Shown in pieces: positions 57,050 to 64,000 of a stretch of DNA of 64,000 nt; positions within the stretch are counted from its first letter, which is position 1, and the number at the start of each line of letters is the position of its first letter. The notes beneath the pieces were generated by a model, which searched no databases, had not been told where the DNA came from, and saw nothing but the letters and a program-made list of their open reading frames with translations. The stretch spans positions 124,001 through 188,000 of the forward strand of contig JAPMXV010000031.1 of assembly GCA_026936335.1 (NCBI GenBank). The letters are read 5' to 3'. Source of the stretch: Mantamonas sphyraenae STR306 (taxonomy: Eukaryota > Protista > CRuMs). The translations under genes and the position numbers were made by a program.

Positions 57050-60000
57050 ATGCAGGTGTTTTTCGAGCCCTTCGAAATCATCCGGTGTATCGACGACCCG
57101 AAACATCCTCCCAACAACGGTGGAGAAGGGGAAGAGGACAGCGACCGTACCCAGGACCGCGCTGTGGATGACACACCCAGCAAGGGCCTGGACGACCTCG
57201 TTCAATCCCCTTCGGTGGGGTTGCGCATGTTGAACAGCCACAACGCGGAACAAGGAGGCATGTTTGCTGGCAGGCGCAACGCTGCAAACCGTGTGATCTC
57301 GCTCCACAAGCTCGCCCAGGCCTCCAAACAGGCACTCGACCGCGTAGGCGATTCGCCTGGCCGCTCTCGTGATGCTCCGCTAAAGGACTCTGCGCGCCGA
57401 CTTCCCCCGCCCCTTGTGACGCCCCAACAGATCCTGAAGCGTGTGCAAACCCAGCGCACAAAGCAGAAGACCCGCGAAACCTGGCGCCAGCGGCTGCTCG
57501 ACACCCACAACGAACTCTTTTACGCCATGGGCTACACCGAACCTGTGGCGCCCCTTCTGTTCTTGCATGCCAATCCCACCAACGGTGCGTAACTGCCTTC
57601 CGTGCCGCCTCCAAACGGCTTCGCGAACCACATCCTGACGCACCCGCCTACCGTCCTGCCCACAGACCTCACGACCTTTTTCAAGCACGAGCCAGAGACA
57701 GAGAACAGCGAACAGGTGTGTTGACGCACTGTGTTGACTCATCCACGTTTCCACACAGATGACACGGCCACTTACACACACGAGTTTCCATTTCCAACTC
57801 ACAGGAGACAACGGAGCTGCGCAGACAGCAGCTGGATGCACTCACCTGGGACTTTGTTGAATCCTGCACGCTTCAGCGCGGTGACGAATACGCCGACGTT
57901 GGCCCACAGAGCAAGGATGACACACGAGTCAGGTGCGCCCTTTGTGGCAGCCACGTTTCTGCTCGGCGCTTTGGCGCCCATGTGCAACAAGAACACGTGG
58001 ATCAGCTGCACTCCAACCTTTCTGTTGTCATGCAAGACGTTCACAAACAGCGCTCGGGCTTTCTTCTGTCCAAACTCGTGGTAGGTGACGAGGGAGGTGT
58101 ACGGCATTGGGAAGGTCATGCCCCATGGACAAGTGCAGCCCCCAAACTCCACAACGCCACCACTCACACACTCACGCGGCGCTCTTTGACAGTACTCCCG
58201 TGTGTTTTATCCCACCGTCCACTTTGAAACCCTTCGCAGCAACTCGAGCTTGAGTGTGTACGGGAACGGTGTACGCGCACCCATGCTGAAGGGCCCACCA
58301 AGGCTACTCGCGCTCCCAAACTCTCAGGTGCAAGTACAGCGCCTGAGTGCACAGGCTTTGCACAACCCAGGCAATGCCAGCAACGGTGGCAACCACCACG
58401 GACACTCTGCAAACAAGCAGGCCCCGCAGGGCAAACGAGGCAAGAAGGGCAAACGCAAGCACAACAACAATGGAAATGGCAATGGCAATGGCAACGGAAA
58501 CGGCAACCACGAACTCAGCACGGGCTGGCACGGCGGTGAGCAGAGGCAGCAGGTCACCTTTGTGGCTCACGGCGAGTGGACTGTTAACACCGCCTCGACG
58601 TCGTCATCTTCATCGCCATCGTCGTCCGCATCGAATACTTCGGGTCCCTTGCGAGCACTGTCGCATCCGTCGGTTGCCGAAACGGGCTACCCGACAGCTG
58701 TGCTTGGAGCACGCAGGCGCAGCCAGTATCACACCACGCGAGATGACTTTCGCTCGCATCAACTCGTCGACCACTGGCTTATGCAGCTGGAGTGCATGCT
58801 GTACGGTGTGGACACGCCCAGTGCGACCACAAGTGCAACCACAGACGATGCATGGCTCGTGGACAGCTCCACCGCGTTGCCGTCCAACGAATCGGCCCTG
58901 GGACGTCATCTGGCCTCCCTTTACGAACAAACCATGGATGCATACGGCTGCAGAAACACGTACGACGGCGTCACTGTGCCTGATGCGATCCGTGTGCACG
59001 ATTTGGATCCACGCAACGAGCTGGCATTGATTGAGGAGAGCATACAGGCCCTGCATCGCGACGATGAACTCATGAGCCTCTTTCAGGAGCAGGGCGAGGA
59101 CAAAAGCAAGGCACAGGGCGAGGCATCGGCCAGCGGCAGCGTGCAAAACAAGGCAAACGCAGCCAGCAGTACGGTTGGAAACGGCAGTTCTGACACAGCC
59201 GTGGCAGCATCTGGTGGTAAACCGCCCCGCAAGAAGATGTCCAAACGAGAGGCCAAACGACTGAAGAAGCAACAGAATGCAGCCAAACGCGAAGAGGAGC
59301 GCAGGCGAAGGGCAGAGCAGGGAGGGGACGACACCAACGGAGGAAACCAGGACGGTGAACAGGAGCAAGGTCAAGAGGAACACAACGGCGCGTTGACGGA
59401 CGAGGAGATTCTGGAGGCAAACACAAAGGCAAATAGGCGTAGGCTGGGAACTCGAGACAGCTCGCAGGACGAGTCGGATTCCGAGAGCGAACGCACGCTG
59501 CACACGCTCAAGCGACGCACACGCAAAGCTGTGTCGTGGGACCCCGAATTGGAGCACATACTGTCAGACGAAGATCCAGAGTATGTGAAACGGCAGATGA
59601 ACAAGCGGCAAGTGCTCAATGCACAGATTCGTAGGACGCTTCGAGGGGTCAGCAAGAAGCAAATGGCCAGCTTGGAACATGCGCTGCTGGAAATGTTGAT
59701 TGAGGAGGTGGCTGATCCGATAGGTGAGGTGCTTGCGAGCCGTTCGATCAACCAGGTCAAAAAGGAGGCGAAGCGCGCCAAGCAAAAGAAGGAAGCAGAG
59801 GAGCACGCAAAGTTGCGACAGCGCGCGTCCGAAGAGGCTGTTGCCGCTGTGCAGGAGAGCGCAAGTGTGCAGCAGGCACAGGCTGAGGCGTCGGCGCAAC
59901 AAAAGAAGGCGGCCAAGCTGAACAGCAAAGAGCAGAGGCAGAAGGAGCGCAAAGAGCGACGGGAGACGCGCAAGAGGATTGGAGCGAGTGTGTTGGATGA

Positions 60001-61155
60001 TTTGATGGAAGAGGTGGTGCGTGAGCTGTGCATCCTGGTGGCTACGGAGGAGGAGGAAGACGAGGCAAACGACACGTTCCACATGCAATTTGGAGGCGGC
60101 CGCAGAGACAGGTACAGCTACGATGCTGATGATGAAGTGCGTAGCACGACGTCGCACGACACGGAGGATACGACGCATGAGCCCATGCGTAGCGAGAGCG
60201 AGTGGAACGACTCGAACGCAGACCACTACGACACCGTGGTGGAAGACTCGGAAGACCATCTGGCGGACCAACGATGGCAGTTGAACTCGCGCAAGCAACC
60301 GCATTACCACATGCCATCCATATCGGAAAGCGACGACAGCGACGACAGCGGATCCGCGAGCGGCCTGGAAAACATGTACATGCAAATGCGACAGCATCAA
60401 CAACAGCAGCAACAACAGCAACAGCCACAGTTGTCGCAGCAGCAGCAGCAGCAGCAGCAAGTGCGGCAGCCTTCGAGCCAGCCACAGGGACAGATGCAAA
60501 CATCCATGCCAACCACGCCGATTGGAGTGTCCCCAACATGATGATGGCACCCCCGCCGGGCATGATGATGCCTGGATTCTACACGAGCCCAGGAGCGTTT
60601 GGGCAGCCACACATGGGAGGCACGCCGATGATGGCGTGGCCCACAAATGGCGGCGGTGGAGGCAGTGGGATGCAGGAGACGTGGCAGACCAGTGGGCACG
60701 GAATGGGCGGAGGCAATGGCGGTAGCAGTGGTGGCATCGGTGCTGGTGGTGCACATCACGGCTCTGGCACTGGCATGGGCGGCGGCGGAGGAGTGCACGA
60801 ACAAGGCAGCAGCGGTGGCACAGCGCCGCTCTTTGCAAACATGTGGGGCGAAACACCACGTGAGGAAGCAAACAGTGGGATTGCAGAGGACAGCAGTGCA
60901 AGTGGGAGCAACCTCAGCCACATGCTTGGCGCCTCGTTGTCACTGGATCTGGATTTGCTGCAAGGCAGCGATGGCAACGGGAGCGGAGACGGAAACACGG
61001 CCAACAGCGGTGCCCGTGCCCATGGCAATGGTTCTACCGGAGGACAGAACGACATGTCCTCATCTACCCCCGGTGGCGGGCACTCAGGTGGAAGCAGCTC
61101 GCTGTTCTCTGGCCTTTTCCTCTCCAATTCGTCGGGCCACAACACGGGGTGGTGA
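57050..61155 (+). CDS. Large low-complexity protein with C2H2 zinc finger, coiled coil, poly-Q and G/M/P-rich tail (4 exons; apparent frameshift near 60530)
   Basis: Introns after HANPTN (GTGCGT), ENSEQ and LLSKLV (GTAGGT..TTGACAG 58192) link ORF 56954 to ORF 58202; the internal exon encodes CALCGSHVSARRFGAHVQQEH; the tail continues in ORF 60202..61155. Confidence 0.65.
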
Positions 61156-61193
61156 GAGGGAAGGAGGAGAAAGAAAAGATGGAATGAACTCTG

Positions 61194-62497
61194 CTACCTC
61201 TCCATTCCCAGCCGATCCAAAATAAGGGCATACTTGTCGACCTCGCGTCGCATGGGACCCAAAGTCTCGTCGATGAGCTTGAGTTTCTCCTGACCCTGAC
61301 GCACACTTTGTTCCCACTGCTCCATGTTTGCGCGTTGCTTTTCCATGTGCGACTGTGTCAGCGCGAGTTGCTCCTGCAGAAGCGCCAGTTGGGCTTGCAC
61401 GTCGGCCTCTTCGTCTTGCAGGAAGCGCAGGGCACTCTTGGCAGCCTCGAGCTTCTTTGTGTCCTCATTCAGTGCCTGCTCGCACTGCATTTGCTCGTTT
61501 TCCAGGATTTGCGTGCGCATGGTGTACTTGTTGTACGCACTGAGGATTTGACCGGCATTGGAGGCACTGACGGACCCGCTCGCCCCGTCGTTGGCAGACA
61601 GACGGGGAGTGGTCATGTCCACACTGTCCACACTGCTGTCCACACTGGAGCTGTCCACACCGCGAGCCACCTGCGATTGCAGTGTGCCCTCGTCGTACTG
61701 CTGCTTCTTGGACACAAACATGTCGATCACCTGCTGCAACGACACGTTCACCGCATCCGACTTGATTTTCTCCCGACACAGCGGACAGGTTTTGCGTGTT
61801 TGCCGGTGTCGCGCCAAACATGCCCTGCAGAATGTGTGTCCACACGGAAAGAGAAGCATCGGGGCCCGTTCCTTGCCGCTCATCAACTCCATACAAATCG
61901 GGCACGTGTGGTTCTCAATCTCTGACGACAGGTACCTTTGTAGGGATGGGGTGATTGCAGGCGTGCGGTGTTCCTGTGTCAGCGACCATTCACCTCAGAG
62001 CGTGATTGCGTTTGCGTTTGTTGTTGTTGTTCGGAACTCACTGTTCCATCCTCGCGCCAAGTTCCTCGCGCTGGCCAAACACCTCTTCGCGGATTTCATT
62101 GCGGAGTCGGTCTGTGATGCGCTCTGTCAGCCTGTCCAGCAGCTGTTGGTGGCAATTGAAATCAGTTGTGATGCGAGTCCCATGTCAGTGGGTGGTGGGT
62201 TTTCGACGCAGCCGTTTCCCGCGTTCGACCTACCTCCTCAGGGCGCACAAGCGACGCTGACGACGACCCTGTCCCTGGTCGCTCGTCGTACGTGGATGAG
62301 CCATAGCTACGTTCCTGGCCATGATTGAGACTGGTGCCGCTGTTGTTGTTATTGCTGCTGTACGCCTGCGGTTTGTACTCGCGCTGTTCCTGCGCCACTT
62401 CCTCCAACACCTCCCGTCGCGTCTCCTCTGCCTCCCGCTGCTTCATCCACTGAGCCTGACGCGCCTTGAGCGCTGCGATTTTGGCCTCTCTGCTCAT
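61194..62497 (-). CDS. C3HC4 RING-finger protein with C-terminal coiled coil (3 exons); may be the 3' part of the upstream gene
   Basis: CPICMEL..PCGHTFCRAC..CPLCR; introns after VRPEE (GTAGGT) and RMEQ (GTGAGT). Confidence 0.88.
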
Positions 62498-64000
62498 CGG
62501 TTCAGGCTGTATGGGTTGGCGCTGCTCGTGGTCGAAGAAAAGCTGCTTCCGCTGCCGCTGCTGCTAGCACCGCCGTAGGTGCCAGACAACGTGTACAAGC
62601 TGCTGCCACTGCTCCCACTGCTGCCACTGCTCCCACTGCTCCCACTGCTTCCACTCAGAGAGTACTTTGTCGGTGAATACCCGCGGTACTGAGGTGAGGC
62701 AGTCGTTGGACGGTAGCGGTACGTCGATCCGCTGGCGCTGCTGACATACGACGGGGCTCGGCTGGAAGCAAACTGTCCTGCGCTGCTGCTTGTTGTCGTG
62801 CTTCCTCTGCTGCTGCTGATGCTGCTGCTGCTGCTGCTTCCAGTGCGCAGGTAGGACGACGACGGGGACGGACCTGGAGACAACTTGGCACTGGCCATGC
62901 GATATGAGGCAGCCGGGGACTGAACGGTGGCCAGACTGCTGCCACTGGTGCTACCACTGCGGTACTTGGCGACAAGCGCCTCGTAGTTGTACCCCGATGC
63001 TGCTGCGCCGCGCACAGAGCGCTGGGGCTGCTGTGGCTGGCATAGTGTCCGCTGGAGCCCGAGTAGGCACCGTATGACGAGCTGTAGTTGCCCATCGAGC
63101 CAGCGGACGTTCTGGAGGCGGTGGACGAGGGTGAGCCCAATCGAGCGTTGCTGCTGCTGCCGCTGCTGATGCTGCTGTGGCTTCCTCCCGACCCGTACTT
63201 GGCCAGGATTGCCTGCACGTTGACCGAAGACGAGCCTCCTGACGGCGTGTACCGGCTGCCTGCTGTGTTGCTGCTGCGGCTGCTGTACGCCGAAGAGGAC
63301 GACGGCGACGTCGACGACGGAAGGTACGATGCAAGGCGCGCCGAGTAGGCGCTTGATGGCGACGACGGAGACACGGACGAGTACGACGATGTCGAACCGT
63401 AGTTGCCACTGCCACTGCCACTGTTTCCGCTGTTGTACGGCATGCGGATGCCGTACTTGCTCTCGATGCGCCGTGCCACATCCGCTGGCGACGCGCTGCT
63501 GCTGCTGCTTCCTGTGCCGCTCGTCAATCGGTTCGGCGATCGGCTCGGGGACGATCCCACCCCGTACTTGGCCAAAAGCATGGCCGTGGACGGGTTGGCA
63601 TACTTGGAGCCAGATTCTCCGCTGCCTGCGCTGCCTCCGCCGCTGCTCTGTGTCTCTGGGGTGCGAGGCGCATACTTGGCCAGCAGCTCTTGTGTGCGCG
63701 CAGAAAGCTGCGGTTGCTCCACTCCGCTTGCGTCAGATGCGTCCTGGTCCCCAAACAGCTGCTTCTTGGGCATGTGAGAAGGCGAAGGCGTTGGAGACCC
63801 CGCTGCTGCACTTCCACTTGATGCTCCGCCGCCCTGCGTGTACTTTGCAATCAACGCTGCAGTCTCTTCGCTCACTTGCAGCGATCCCAACGATGCGCCT
63901 GGAGAAGAGCGCTTCTGCTGCTGCTGCTTGTCACTTCCGGGCCCTGCCGAGCTGCCTTTGCCCTCGGCAACGTTGTTGTTCTGGCTCGGACTTCCCGTCT
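62494..64000 (-). CDS. Ser/Gly/Tyr-rich disordered protein region with repeated LLAKY motifs; 5'-partial; apparent frameshift near 63018
   Basis: ORFs 62655..63890 and 62494..63015 share composition and the (A/E)LxAKY motif; open to the window edge. Confidence 0.7.

Noticed and set aside
1-64000. Prokaryotic operon, defence system, prophage or transposon
   Set aside because: Spliceosomal introns and eukaryote-specific genes throughout; no transposase, reverse transcriptase, integrase or terminal repeats recognised.

Overview
Gene-dense eukaryotic nuclear DNA (GC-rich, short GT-AG introns with a conserved CTRAC/CTCAC branch point, intergenic gaps often 20-110 bp), most likely from a flagellated heterotrophic protist; the organism cannot be named from sequence alone. 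About 25 protein-coding genes can be reconstructed by hand-splicing: an EF-hand/PH phospholipase D, rotatin, DUF5522, a ureidoglycolate lyase, DP (TFDP), a possible Dsn1, an EGF/beta-propeller membrane protein, Zim17/DNLZ, an arginine-finger-less RhoGAP, Kelch and LRR-ankyrin proteins, an NPC1/Patched-family SSD transporter, a PH-PH-helical-bundle RasGEF, a divergent Sec23, an EFCAB5-like docking-domain protein, an EF-hand/C2/CEP76-like protein, a B-box CYLD-like deubiquitinase, a CAMK kinase, MCM7, a ZBBX-like protein, U2A', and zinc-finger and RING proteins. No rRNA, tRNA, CRISPR or transposon was seen. Main things to follow up: (1) a set of E2F-type sites, including a DHFR-style double site just upstream of the DP start and copies inside introns near cell-cycle genes; (2) eight or more single-base frame breaks in otherwise intact genes (assembly indels most likely, recoding not excluded); (3) unusual domain architectures (CYLD, RasGEF, PLD, CEP76-like, pseudo-RhoGAP); (4) a probable GC-AG intron and an intron style lacking polypyrimidine tracts. 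All homology calls are from remembered motifs, not database searches, and exon boundaries are manual predictions.
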